Shown piece after piece: positions 12,604 through 31,524 of a DNA stretch of 64,000 bases; position 1 is the stretch's first letter, and each line of letters begins with the position of its first letter. The position numbers were made by a program, and so were the translations under genes. Source of the DNA: the human T2T-CHM13v2.0 reference genome, Homo sapiens; assembly GCF_009914755.1 (NCBI RefSeq), contig NC_060935.1. The stretch is one strand, 5' to 3'. The notes under the pieces were generated by a model. The model saw only the letters and a program-made list of their open reading frames with translations, had not been told where the DNA came from and made no database searches.

Positions 12604-14889
12604 ATACTCAAGAGAAATGAATGCATATGTGTACCTTGAGACATGTATAAGCATATAAAAATATATGACAGCCTTATTTGTAATAATCCCAAACTGGAAA
12701 CAACTCATGTTATTAATGAATTATGGCATGGTCATATAATAAAATACAAGAATTTCAATGAATAAATTATAGCTAATTATAGGTATACACAACAAGGTGT
12801 GTTGCACAGTCTATTAAGCTAAGAAACTAGACACAGAAGAACACATATTGTATCATTCCATTCATTACAAGTTTAAATGGAAAGATGTAACTATGCTTTT
12901 TAGGGATGCATGAATAGCTGGTAAAACTAAAAAGAAATTCTAGAAAATGATTACCATAAAAGTCAGGATAGCAGCTACCTTGGAGGGAAAGAAGGGGCTA
13001 CACTTGGGACCAGGCACGAGAGGGGGCTCGTGGGTGTTGCCAGTGTTCTAGTTCTTGACCTGGATATTGACAACAAAGTGTTCACTTTGTGATAAATAAT
13101 TGAATTACATACTGAATTTGTTTAGTTTTCTCTGTGTGTTTTATTTCTCGTTTGTATGCACACACACACCGTTTTTTAAAAAAGGAATAAAGCAAAGAGT
13201 GACTCCAGAAGGTTAGTGGAGTTGAGGCCATCTGGGCTACATTTACAATCAAATGAGCCAAACCAAAGCAAGGTATCATTAAATTTGTTAGAAACAACAT
13301 GTTATTCTCAGTTCTGTTCTGTTGAATAACTTGGGTGGGTGTGGCCCTGCCTGAAATATCTTCTGAATACAGTTTTGAAAATGTTAATTCAATAATATGT
13401 TTTTGAGACCCCACAACGTGCTGGACATTGTGATGTGTTTTTCCTCTGAGTTGTGTTTTGCAAAGTTCAGAGGAAATACAGTCGATTTTGGTTTGAACTG
13501 CTTCTGCTCTCAAACTTCTGCTTGGTGAGCATCTCCTCCCTCACACCACCCCCACCTTGGCCCACACTCCAGTGTGAACAATGAAAACTTGTGAAATACT
13601 GTGTATTAAAACACACAGGATGCACATATTAAAAAAATATGGCCATCTGAGAACAGGGTGAGAAAGGCTGTTGGAAAAATCTATGGCAGCCTGAGGTGAG
13701 GAATGGATGTGCATGTTCTCTGAATATTTAAGTTTAGATAAAGAATATAAATGTTATTGCTTGAAAGCTACCCAAAAGCCCAACATGTCAGTCTCCCTGG
13801 CCCCTCCTTTCTCTAGAAATATAGAGGTCATCAAATCTCAATTATTACAGCTATTTAACAGAGAACTAGCAGACTTAGAAGACACTTAAGGAAACAGGTT
13901 TTCTTTCTTAAACTTATATTATCTTCCATGCCTAGCCTGAAATTAATTGCATATGATGTTGGTGTCTTGTTTAATTGTGTATGTTGGGACTGATCCATCT
14001 GTGGAATATGGTAAGAGTAGATTTCCAGGAATTGGGTTTGCCCCATCCTAAGTAAATCCGTGTAGCAACAAGCCAAGCCAGCTGACTCCAATCAACTTGC
14101 CTTCATAGCCTTTGTCTCTTTTTAGAAACCTTGAGTTTCAGGAGAGTTGGGACCCTGTTTCTTTCCTTCACCAATGTATACCTACTGAGTAGAGTGTTAG
14201 GCATGCAGTAAACTCCAAAGCTTGTTGATTTGTTGGTTGAGAAAATGAATGAGCTAATACTTGACAAAACACGTTTCCCTGGAATGAACAATGATATTTC
14301 AGAAGGATTCTGACTTAAGTTGTATTTAAATCAAAAACAAAAACAAGAGCAAAAGCCTCTGACTTTTGGACATTCATTCAATCAACCAATTTTTATTGAA
14401 CACCTACATAGACCCTAGTGATATATAGTACTTTTGATGACAAGAAATAGAGGAAAATAAGAGTAGGCAGTGTTGGGAGAACAGTTTTAAATAGAATGAT
14501 CAAGGAAGTCCTCACGGAGAAAATAATGTTTCAGTAAGGACCTGAAGGAGGTGAGGGAGCTGGCAGAATAGCATTTTAAGCAAGAGAATAACATGTACAA
14601 TGTCCGCAAGGCAGAGAATCCAAGAGATTTTAAGGAAGAGCAAAGAGCTGAGCAAACTGAAAGGAGAGAGCAGTAGGAGGTGAGGTCAGAGAGGTAACTG
14701 GTCTGGATGGGTAGGGCTCTATAAGACATTGGTTCCTACTAACGGTGGGGTAAGAATCCATTGAATGGTTTTCAGCAAAACATTTATGTGAAGGATTTGT
14801 TTTTTAACAGGATCACTTTGATGCTTGTGTTGGAAATAGAAAGACCAAGAGCAGAAACATATGGAGGCAGAACTAGTCTATGGAATATT

Positions 14890-16364
14890 CTGTTAATCAT
14901 CAGATATATAAAATTGTAAGCAGAGCATTCAGTTTGCACTGAGGCCAAGTCAAAATGGTAGCTCTCTCCTTTTAGGAATATATTGGATGATAGAGTAGAT
15001 ATAACTATAATTACACAATAAATATCTTCTCGATGAAAGTATATATTTGGTAATGCATGAATATGTTACTGTAAATGCAATTTGGAAAGATGTTTTGAAA
15101 TGTTTAAATGAAATGAGTGAGAAATTATAGACTACTGTTTTGAATGTTTTTGAAGAGTACCATTTGTCATCTTTAAATGTATTTCTTGAAGAACTGAGAG
15201 AAGATTTAGATAACAATTAATGAAATATGAAACAAAAACAATAAAGATGAATGGTAAAATCAATAGAAATTATGCTGATATTGAGAGGTCAATTGTAACA
15301 AATTTTTCAGATTATACTGACAGCAGTAATTCGTTGAGATAAATTTAAAATAAATGTTATAAACTTGATAATTCAATACATTTGACAATCCAATTAATGA
15401 AATGAATTAATTAAATACACACATGGCTAACTTTACAAAAATATTTATATTAATGAAGCTAATATAAAGCTCAAAATGTGCCAACACAATAAGATATTGA
15501 CAAAACCTGGTTAATGAGTATTATCAATTCAAAAATGTACTTAGATTCAATTACTGAATAGAAAAGCTCAAAATGTTTTGAAATCTTACAGCTCATATAG
15601 GAAAGAAATTCAATAGATGTTTTCCCAAATTTGAAAACAATCCTAAAAATATGACATTACTAATAACAAGTTGTGAACTGGAAAGAAACTTTCAAAAACT
15701 ATCAATATTGAAAGTTTACTTTTCATTAACCATGTTAAAGGAAGGATCCATTTGCCTTTTTATTCTTGACATAGAAAATGAAGAGTCAAAGAGTATGTAC
15801 CCCCTAAATGGTAAGAAAATATATTACAAAGCTTATAGTTAATTAATGAAAATGTTATTTTTCTCGATGTTGTGATATTCGCAGTTCTTATTGGCTTTAT
15901 ATTTTTATTTTATTTTTTTGAGACAGGGTCTCACTTTGTCATCCAGGCTGGGCTGCAGTGGTATGATAATGGTTCACTGCAGCCTTGACCTCCTGGGCTC
16001 ATGTGATCCTCCAGCCTCAGCCTCCTGCATAATTGGGACTATAGGTGCACAAAACCACACCTGGCTAATTAAAACAAATTTTTTTTTGTAGAGGCAGGAT
16101 CTCATTATGTTGTTGCCCAGTCTGGTCTCATACTCCTGGGCTCAAGCAATCTTCCCATCTCAGCCTCCAAAAGTGCTGGGATTATAGGCATGAGCCACCA
16201 TGGCCAGCCTCTTGTTGGCTTTTTAAAATTCAGGTTTAGTGTGATTCTTTTTCTCCTCCTCAAATATTTACTTTTGTGCCTAATTTTTTGTTTTTTTTTT
16301 CTCTCTTTAAAGAGGGACCCCTGAATTGTATAAGCTTCAGGTATCCCAAACCTGGATTCACTTG
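14890..16364 (+). mobile_element. hAT-Tip100 DNA transposon fossil (Zaphod-like), 3' part with transposase remnant
   Basis: DVFPNLKTILK / TLLITSCELERNFQKLSILK...TMLKE resembles the hAT C-terminal dimerisation domain; terminus TGTATAAGCTTCAGG...CCTGGATTCACTTG. Confidence 0.7.
15896..16209 (-). mobile_element. AluJ
   Basis: Reverse dimeric Alu with J diagnostics (CACTGCAGCCTTGACCTCCTGGGCTCA). Confidence 0.92.
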
Positions 16365-16444
16365 ATCCACAGGTCAATTTGTGTATTCTATGAAGATATG
16401 GAGAGGCAATTACATATACAAATCTGGAGTTCAGGTTAGAGGTC

Positions 16445-18713
16445 TGTGTTAGTCCATTTTCACACTGCTGATAAAGACATACCCAAGACTGGGGAGAAAA
16501 AGAAGTTTAATTGGACTTACAGTTCCACATGGCTGTGGGGGCCTCAGAGTCATGGCAGGAGGTGAAAGGCACTTCTTACATGATGGCAGCAAGAGAAAAA
16601 TGGGGAAGAAGCAAAAGCGGAAACCCCTGATAAACCCATCAGATCTTGTGAGACTTATTCACTATAACCAGAATAGCAGGGGAAAGACCAGCTACTCTGA
16701 TTCAATTACCTCCCCCTGAGTGCCTCACACATGGGAGTTCTGGGAGATACAATTCAAGTTGAGATTTGAGTAGGGACACAGTCAAACCATATCATTCCAC
16801 CCCTGACCCCATCAAATCTAGTGTCCTCATATTTCCAAACTAATCATGCCTTTCCAACAGTCCCTCAAAGTCTTAACTCATTTCAGCATTAACCCAAAAG
16901 TCCACAGTCCAAAGTTTCATCTGACACAAGGCAAGTCCCTTCTGCCTGTGAGCCTGTAAAAGCAAAAGCAAGCTAGTTACTTCCTAGATACAATGGGGGT
17001 ACACGTATTGGTTAAATACAGCTGTTCCAAATTGGAGAAACTGGCCAAAACAAAGAGGTTACAGAGTCCATGCAAGTCTGAAATCCAGCGGGGCAGTCAC
17101 ATTTTAAACTTCCAAAATTATCATCTTTGACTCCAGGTCTCACATTCAGGTCATGCTGATGGAAGACGTGGGTTCCCATGGTCTTCGGCAGCTCCACCCC
17201 TGTGGTTTTGCAGGGTACAGACTCCCTCCCAGCTGCTTTCACAGGCTGGCATTGAGTGCAGCTTTTTCAGGCAAACAGTGCAAGCTGTCAGTGGATCTGC
17301 CATTCTGGGGTCTGGAGGATGGTGGCACTCTTCTCATGGCTCCACTAGGCAGTGCCCCAGTATGGACTCTGTGTGGGGGCTCCAACCCCACATTTCCCTT
17401 CCACACTGCCCTAGCAAGAGGTTCTCCATGAGGGCCTCGCCCCTGCAGCAAACTTTTTCCTGGACATCCAGGTGTTTCCATACATCATCTGAAATCTAGG
17501 CGGAGGTTCCCAAACCTCAATTCTTGACTTCTGTGCACCTGAAGTCTCAACATCACTTGGAAGCTGCCAAGGCTTGGGGCTTCCACCCTCTGAAGGCACA
17601 GCCCAAGCTCTACATTGGCCCCTTTCAGCCATGGCTGGAGCTGCTGGGACACGGGGCACCAAATCCCTAAGCTGCACACAGCACAAGGACCCTGGGCCCA
17701 GCACAGGAAACCACTTTTTCCTCCTGGGCCTCTGGGCCTGTGATGGGAGGGGCTGCCATGAAGGTCTCTGACATGGCCTGGAGACATTTTCCCCATAGTG
17801 TTGGGGATTAACATTAGGTTCCTTGCCACTTATGCACATTTCTGCAGCTGGCTTGAATTTCTCCTTAAAAAATGGGTTTTTCTTTTCTACTGTATTGTCA
17901 GGCTGCAGATTTTCTGAACTTTTATGATCTGTTTCCCTTTTAAAATGGTATACTTTTAACAGCATTCAAGTCACCTTTTGAATGCTTTGCTGCTTAGAAA
18001 TTTCTTCTGCCAGCTACCCTCCATCATCTCTCTCAAGTTCAAAGTTCCACAAATCTCTAGGGCAGGGGCAAAATGCTGCCAGTCTTTTTGCTAAAACTTA
18101 ATAAGAGTCACCTTTGCTCTAGTTCCCAACAAGTCCCTCATCTCCAGCTGAGACCACCTCAGCCTGGACCTTATTGTTCACATCACTATCAGCATTTTTG
18201 TCAAAGCCATTCTACAAGTCTCTAGGATGTTCCAAACTTTCCCACATTTTCCTCTCTTCTTTCCAAACTGTTCCAACCTCTGCCTGTTACCCAGTTCCAA
18301 AGTTGCTTCCACATTTTTGGATATCTTTTCAGCAATGCCCCACTTTACTGGTACCAATTTTCTCTATTAGTCCATTTTCACGCTGCTGATAAATACATAC
18401 CTGAGACTGGGAAGAAAAAGAGGTTTAATTGGACTTACAGTTCCACATAGCTGGAGGCCTCAGAATCATGATGGGAGGTGAAAGGCACTTCTTACATGGC
18501 AATGGCAAGAGGAAATGAGGAATAAACAAAAGCAGAAACCCCTGCTAAAACCATCAATTTCATGAGACTTATTCACTGTCACGCGAATAACATGGGAAAG
18601 ACCAGCCCCCATGATTCAATCACCTCCCCCTGGGTCCCTCCCACAACAAGTGGGAATTCTGGGACATACAATTCAAGTTCAGATTTGGGTGGGGACACAG
18701 CCAAACCATATCA
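16445..18713 (-). mobile_element. Full-length THE1C MaLR element (LTR 16445-16794, internal, LTR 18363-18713)
   Basis: Two ~350-bp LTRs flank a ~1.57-kb THE1 internal region; TSD AGGTC at 16440-16444 and 18714-18718. Confidence 0.95.
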
Positions 18714-18787
18714 AGGTCCAAACTGGAGAAAGAAATTTGTGAGTAGCATTGTAAATGTATCTAGAAGGTATTTAAAACCAGAAGCCT

Positions 18788-19737
18788 CAGGGTCACATTA
18801 TGACTATCATGGGCCCTAGGCAATTTTTCCCTTCGTGGGCCTCTTTCTTCATTAAAGAATACACACACAGTCCCCAACTTCTGGTGATTCAACTTAAGAT
18901 TTTTCAACATTACAATGGTGCAAAAGTGATATGCATTCAGTAGAAACTGTACTTTGAATTTTCAATTTTGATATTTTCCTGGGTTAACTGTACATGTTAT
19001 AATCATCTCTTGCAATGCTGGACAGTGCCAGCCCAGGCAGCCATGCAACCATGAGGGTAAACAGTAGATACTGTACTCTATAGTGTGCAGTATTCAATAA
19101 ATTACATGAGATATTCAATACTTTATTATAAAAAAGGCTTTGTGTTAGGTGCTTTTGCCCAACCATAGGCTAATGTAAGTGTTCTGAGTATACTTAATGT
19201 AGGCTTGGCTAAGCTACAATGTTCAGTAGGTTAGGTGTATTTAATGCATTTTTAAAATTTATTCATTTATTCCACATATATTTATTAAACACCCATTACA
19301 CATCAGGTACTGTACTATGCCCTGAGGGCAGTGATTAAGAAAATAGAGCTGGTGCTAGCATTATGGTGTTTACAGTCTAGCAAACATTTAAGTCAAGGAG
19401 CATCTGAACTTATAATGGTTTGACTTACAGTTTTTGACATTACAATGGGTTGATCTGGGTATTAAATGCATTTTTGACATAGTTTTGACTTACTGTTTAT
19501 TGGGATATAACCCCATCATAAGTCAAGGAGCAACTGTACATACACACACACACACACATACACACACACAAATATATGTATGTATAAAGATGATAACAAT
19601 CTAGGCTGATTTCACTATTATTATACTCATTTTTTTCCTCTAACTTAAAAAGAAACTGAAACATTTTCATGGGCCCTTAAAAGTATCATGGGCCTTAGAA
19701 ACTGTGCCCACCATGCCTAATGGATAAACTGGCCATA
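18788..19737. mobile_element. MER45-family hAT-Tip100 MITE, interrupted by MER47
   Basis: CAGGG...ATGGGCCCTAGGCA at the left end; ATGGGCCTTAG...ATGCCTAATGGATAAACTGGCC at the right end. Confidence 0.65.
18864..19536. mobile_element. MER47/Tigger5-type TcMar-Tigger MITE
   Basis: CAGTCCCCAACTT...GCATTCAGTAGAAACTGTAC...CCCCATCATAAGTCAAGGAGCAACTG followed by TA. Confidence 0.8.
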
Positions 19738-20861
19738 AAGCTAGAGAAAATTACCAAGAGAATGTGTGTGGGTAGAAAAAAAAGATTCAATGACTGAGTC
19801 CTGGAGCACTCCAACATTTAGAGATCAGGAAAGTGCAGAGTGTGAGAATAAAAAGGTTTTACACTATAAACTCAGTAGGTCATTTTTCATTGGTCATACA
19901 AATTAGTGACCACCAGAACCTGTTTTAAACCCACCCCAATCCATAAGTGACATCCCCCTTCTGAAAGCAAGTCACATCCACACTCCAGGAATCACGTCTA
20001 TAACTGAAGGTCAGCAAAGAGACCCTAAACGCTTCCACTGCTCAGTCCACCAGCTCCTGGGCTTTGTGGCCCCTACACCCTATATAAGACAAGCCATTTA
20101 CTATTTTTAGAAGCCCACACCTTACAAATAAGCAAAGGAACAGAAGTAGCCACCAGTGACATAGGAGAAAAACCATGAGAGCACAGTGTCCTGGAAACGG
20201 AGTGAGGAAGGCTTTGAGAGAATGAGGTGATTCATTTGTGTCCAACACCACAGATGAGTGAGGGGAAAGCCCTGAGAAAGGGTCATCTGGCTCATCAGTG
20301 TGGAGGTCCTTGGTGTCTTAAAAGGAGTTCTGATGGAGTGACGGAGGCAAAAACCATCTTGATCGGGTCCAAGGGAGGCACTGAGAAAACTGTTTTAAGG
20401 GGTTTTGCTATAAAAGGGAGAGAAGTGAGGAGCTGAAGGGAAAGTGAAATCAGGAAAGTTTTCTTTAATTTTTAAGGTGAGAAATATTACAGTGTGGGTG
20501 TTTGTTTGTGATAGGAAGGATCCAGTAGAGAGAGAGAGACAGAATGAATGGGGGTGGAGGGTTTCCTGAGTCATGTCCTTGAGTAGGGAGGGAGGTGGGA
20601 TCTAGGGTTGGCCTTTGCTAACAGCACGGGCTGTTTGTCAGTAGTGATGGGAAAGGAAGAGGACACAGGCATAGATGCAGATGGGGCACGGGAGCTTGTG
20701 GAAGCACTTTTTTTATTGCTTCCATTTTCTCTTTGAAATAGCCATTTAGGAACCTGGTAGTGGAGATAGAGTGTAATTGATGGGCAGCATTAAAAGTCCA
20801 CTTGAGGTGAGAGGCCAGTCAGCAGGTGCAAACATGTCATGTAGCTGATGAAACTTAAGCC

Positions 20862-21010
20862 TCAGGGCTTCTCATTTGCTTGCATGGATCCTTTCAAAGG
20901 CCTGGCTGGGAAGGTTTTAGCCATTTTGCATTTAAAAATTTGCATTATTTTTTTAAAAGAGCCCCCAAAGATGTAAGCTGCAGGACCACAGACCCTGAAT
21001 TTCTTCCTGC
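20862..21010. mobile_element. Short hAT-Tip100 MITE fragment (MER115/Zaphod-related)
   Basis: CAGGGC...TGTAAGCTGCAGGACCACAGACCCTG; the end resembles the Zaphod terminus at 16.3 kb. Confidence 0.5.
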
Positions 21011-21429
21011 CAGCCAGCATGGTGGTGTGTGCTTTTGGTAGCTGCAGGTAGCTGTGAGGGCACAGGTGTAGAGTTGGTAAGGTGTTGGATTTAAACTCGG
21101 TTATGGTTTTGCCAGGTGAAAAAAATGAGTTGTGTGAAGGACAAAGGCATTGAGGGAGCATGTAAGGGAGTGATTACAACAAATGATGATAGTATTTCAA
21201 TGGGGTAAAGAGAGGAATGAGGACATATGGATGAGGGAGTGGTAGTTTTGAACAGTAAAAGGATTATAGGCCTTGGGATGGATCATTGGGGTCAGAGAGT
21301 CAGAGAAAGTGAACTAGAAAAATAGGAGGTGGAGGATGGAGAGAGGAAGCCTGAAATTGTGTGAGTTCTTAGTAATGATGAGGTTCAGGTCATGACCATG
21401 GAAGGGAGTGGCTGAGAAAGGGTGGAGGC

Positions 21430-22172
<743 letters not shown>

Positions 22173-23611
22173 AAGACAAGATCACCAGAGGAGAGAAGGT
22201 CAATAACTGGAGGTCAGAATATTGGTAAGATCAAATATATGGATATTAAAGTCACTTAGGATTATAAAAGAGGACAGTTGGAGGGAAGGATATTGAGAGA
22301 AGATCTCCAAATATTGAAGAAGCAAGTGGGACTCACCCAGGGTTCAGTGCACGATGGCAACAATGATGGACAGCAGGTGATAAAGTAATGATATGAGAGT
22401 CAAAACTATGGCTTTTAAGGGAGGTGAAAGGAGAATGGCTGGGAAGCAACAATGAGAAATAAGAAAGACCTACACCACCATTGGCTCCAGTGACAGGAGG
22501 GATGTGAGAGATTAAACAGCTGCCCCTGGAGAGGGCTGCAGGGGAAGCAGTGTCCTTAAGGAAGGGTCAGATTTTATTAGATCCAGGACATGGAGGGAGC
22601 TTTTAGAGATGCTTCAAGGGTTTAGGGAATATTGTTTACTATGACCATGAATTCCAGATGGTAGAAGTTTTTGTAAATTGAAGAGCATTATGATATGGGC
22701 TCAAAATGTACAGGACATTCTGGGGATTGGATCTGGGGGATGGAAGGTGGACTGAGGAACCAAGGCTTCTTGCAATGAATGACCAAAATGGAGACAAAGG
22801 GGATGTTCAATTCAGCCTTGGAGAATTGAGTATATTCCCAGGGTATTTCATTGGTGGACAAAGACAGCTAGGGTGAAGTTGTGGGTATTGAGGGGGAAGA
22901 GAGTTGTTGGAACGTTGTCAAGGAAGATTCTGACCTCTGGTGCTCCCTCAAGACTCCTCCTGGAGGTGTGGAGACCTCTGGAGGATCAGTTGTTCACTGA
23001 GCATGTAGGGCACTGTTTTGACTCCAAAGATGGAGCTCTGGAGGGTGGAGAGGGCAGTATTACACCAAATGAATATATTTTCAATGTCAGCATAAAAACT
23101 GCTCTGTTAAGGCTGCCTTAGCTGCCTCAAAAGTCCTACCGAGCCATCAACATGGTGTCTGATACACAGACACTTAAATATTTGTTGAATGAATATGTGA
23201 ATGAAGGAATTCCCTTCACTAAACTGAATACTTAACATTTGCAGTCTGATGCATCTGTATTAGAATGACTTCTTGGGTAGACATCTGCCAGACTTCTGTA
23301 TAATTAAAAGAATAACAAAGCAAAAGGTGGAGTCTGCCCTAAGGGCAAGTTCCAGCCTCTACCCTACGATGAAGAAAATCCTTACAAATCCCCAAATTGT
23401 CATTTTCTATGTCTAATAATTTAAAGATCCTGATTGCATAGAACATAAAACAGGCAATTATAGAAGAAGAAAGGAAGAAAAGTCAGAGGTAAAGAACCAA
23501 CTATATTGGTAGTAGGCTGGTGGGGTGGACAAAAGGAATATTATGAATTTTCAATATCAATTTGAAGTGAAAGCACTGGGGGACAAGGAGCAAGGGTAAT
23601 AGGTATTTTCT

Positions 23612-23830
23612 TTTTTAAAAAATAAACTTTAGACAACTATATTTAACAGAGTTTATTTGAGCACAGAACAATTTATGAATTGGGCAGCACTCAGAGCCCA
23701 AAGAGATTCAGAGAGCTGTACCCCAGCTACATGAGCAGCCAGCTTTTATAGGCTGAATGAGGAAGTAAGTAAAGAAATTACTTGATTGGCTATAGCTAGG
23801 CATTTGCCTTTCTTTGGTATATTCTGGTGG
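23612..23830 (-). mobile_element. ERV1 (MER4-group) LTR fragment
   Basis: AACAGAGTTTATTTGAGC...GAATTGGGCAGC...TTTTATA...TGATTGG, i.e. reverse poly-A signal, TATA and CCAAT in LTR order. Confidence 0.55.
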
Positions 23831-24579
23831 AAAGTCCCTAGTGAGAGGGAGAGACTTGTTATTTCATTTGTCCTTAATGAGCTGCCCCGTGGGATCACCC
23901 AGCATTGCTGGGTGTCTCTTTGCAATGGCAGCCAGGAGTCTCTGCACATGGGAGATAGCCCTGGGAGTGCTTCTTGGCTTCTGTTCTAGCCTTGCTCCAG
24001 GTGCATAGCCCTGCTGCAGCTCCTTGAAGAAACCATATTCTGCTTCCTGGTTAAAGTGTAGAGCCCTGAAGGCCACACTCATAAAGTGACATATCAAAGG
24101 GACCTTAAAACATTTTTAGTCTACTTCTCTGCCCGATGTGTGAGGCCCTTCAGAAAATGGCATTTTGCTTCACAGTGACATAATATTTACTACCCCAGAG
24201 GCAGTCCATTTCATTTTGGTTCTTTTTGATGAATAGAATGTTCAGGTTCATTGAGCTGAAATCCCCATATCTTCTTTAGCAGCATTTCTGCCAAGATTCT
24301 ATAATCAGTTTAACAAGATCAGTGGCCACCAATTATGTGCCATAAGATATCTCTCTGGTGACCAGAATTCAGTCTCTCTTTTGGAAACAGCTTGATTCAG
24401 CCCTACTGCAGTCTTATAATAAACTTTCTTTCTGTATGCATTATTTTAAAATGCCCTTCATTTACATTATTAATTAGTTCATTCTTTCATCCAATAAAAC
24501 AAACATTCAGGAAATTATGAAGTATCTACCATGTGTCACGCACAGCGGTTACATTGGTAAAAACCAGAGAAGGTTTCAC

Positions 24580-29336
<4,757 letters not shown>

Positions 29337-30209
29337 CTCACCTTAGATAAATTTGGGTAGGTCCTACATTTTCATTAGTCACTCATTTACAGACCATCCC
29401 TAGTGGTGAAGTGTATGGGTAGGTTCCTCCTGAGTGGGCAAACCCAGTATTGGGCAGTCAGAGAGGGAAATAAAGGCTGGCAGGAGTGGAGGGGTGAAGA
29501 GGTAGGTCTTAGCCCTGGGCACTTTTGATTGCTATCAAATGCCAGACTCAGCGGTCTTTTTCCTAATGAGGAAATTCACTGTTATTTCTCAGAGTGACAC
29601 AAGTTCCTGGGCTTCTGCTGAGAAAACAGACATTTTTTGTTTATTGGTTAGTCAATAAAGGAACAAGTTCAGAAGCTTTGAGCACAAATATTTCAAAAAT
29701 AAATACAGGGATTCATCAATTTCTTTTTTGGAGCAGGGGTTGGGGGCACAGATTCAATAAGCCTAGATAAAGACAAAAACAATTAGGAGAAAGACATTTT
29801 CTTAAGACATTGTTAGATATTTTAAGATAAAAGTGATTACTAAATATATTTCCCAAAAGTCAAATCACATAGGTTAAGAGCTTCATTTCCCTGATGGCAT
29901 TCCTGACTTCAGGCCATCTTCATAATTTTTACATTTTCTTTAACTTAATGAAATCTGCTGTGATAAAAAAATTTCCATAATTATATTCCAAGTTAAGGTT
30001 GAGAGGAAAGAAGGGGTCTAATTATTAGAAATTCTATAAGAGCTGCTGCAGGAAGGGCCTGTGGCAAAGCACGTGGGCTGGGCTTTCATCTCAGCTCCTC
30101 ATCCTCTTGCTTTGTGATTTCCAACAAGTTACTGAACCCCTCAGCAAATGGAGGCAGAAGGGATCCCTACATCATGGGGTTGGTGTGAGCATCAGCTAGC
30201 CAACCAGCC

Positions 30210-31000
30210 AGTCATTCACTCAACAAATCCTTATCAAGCATCCCCTCTAGGGTTCCAAGTCCTCAGGCACTGTTCTTGGCAGCAGTGGAAAAGATAAGCA
30301 TGGATCCCTGCTCTTATGGAACATGCATGGTGCAGGGGATGGCGGTAGACAGTAAGTATAATTAATAAGTAAATTATATAGAAGATGAGAAATGCCATGA
30401 AAAAATGAAAATATTAATATGATAGGGTAAGGGGAACTTGAGAGGGCAGGACGAAGGGCAGGATGGAGCCATGCAGGTCCCAATGTTAAATCCGGCAGTG
30501 CAGGAATGCCTTTGTTGAGAATGTGAGATTTAGGCCAAGACTTGAAGAAGGTAAAATAATGACCAGGTAGGAAGGGTCCTGGCACATTTGAAGGTAAAGA
30601 AGGCAGTGCTTCTAGAACAGAGGTAGGAGAGGTTATGTGAGTGGTGAGGGTGGGTTTTTCAGAGGATCACCTTTCCCTGTTAGTAAGCAAAGGAAACTAG
30701 CTAGGAGGCAGTAATAGAGGTGAGAGATGATGGTGACCCATAGATGACAGGAAGCTGTGAGAAATGGAGGGATTCTAGACATATTCTGAAGGCAGGGCTA
30801 GCATGATTTCCCTTTGGATTGGATATGGAGTGTCAGCATGTTTGTGGGAAAGAATCAGGGTCTCCAATGGCTATGTCTAGTTTGAGATGTCTACAGATAC
30901 CAAAGTAGAAACGTCAAGAGGCAATTGTATACATGACTCTGGAGGTTGAGAGATGTTCTAGGATAAAGATATAAATTTAGGAGTCACCAGAGACTCACTA
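30210..31000 (-). mobile_element. L2 remnant (preceded by a MIR at ~30050-30200)
   Basis: TCATTCACTCAACAAAT...AGGCACTGTTCT...CCCTGCTCTTATGGA is a typical reverse L2 3' end. Confidence 0.65.
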
Positions 31001-31524
31001 AAATACATAGCAAGTTAATTTATTGAGATAGTTATTTCTATTTTATTTATTCTCCACCCACCATGACAAAAAAAGAAGCCAGGTCTTTTTTTCCTTTTGC
31101 CTCAGGAAGAGTTGGCAATGGAAAGTATCCATCACTTGATGGCAAATCCTTTTTATTGCTTTTGTCTTCTAAAGCCTAAGCTTCCTGGAAAGGACCCCCA
31201 GGGAGGTATGTGTAATAGTCAGGTGGTTTGCATTAAACTCATCCTCCTTGTCATAGTTCAGGTAACCCAGGGCTTTCTCAGTCAGCATATAACCTTCCCC
31301 TAACCTCAGAGATTGGGTCAGGGGTGGCTCAATTTGTCAGAAGCTCAAGACATTTGCTGGGAATTCTGATATATCTGTGCATTCTCACCTCATGGACAGT
31401 GTGGTGTATGTTTGTTGGACCTGAAACTAATACAACCATTTCACCCCAATGAGGGAAGTATGCTTGAAGACTAAGCCGATATGAAATGGGGCATAACAGA
31501 AAATGACAGCAGAAACGGGGCTTA

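Larger units (their letters stand above)
3912..13180 (+). mobile_element. Ancient L1M (L1MC/MD/ME-class) body, fragmented by many younger insertions
   Basis: A-rich degenerate ORF1/ORF2-like sequence stays colinear across the insertions (e.g. CCAGATGGTTTCACTGG, GCAAAAATC...TTAGCAAACCGAATCCAG). The 3'UTR-like end lies near 12.7-13.18 kb. Subfamily is uncertain. Confidence 0.75.

Noticed and set aside
17012-18389. Cluster of 65-184-aa ORFs
   Set aside because: All lie in the THE1 internal region; the frames are decayed MaLR sequence, not a host gene.
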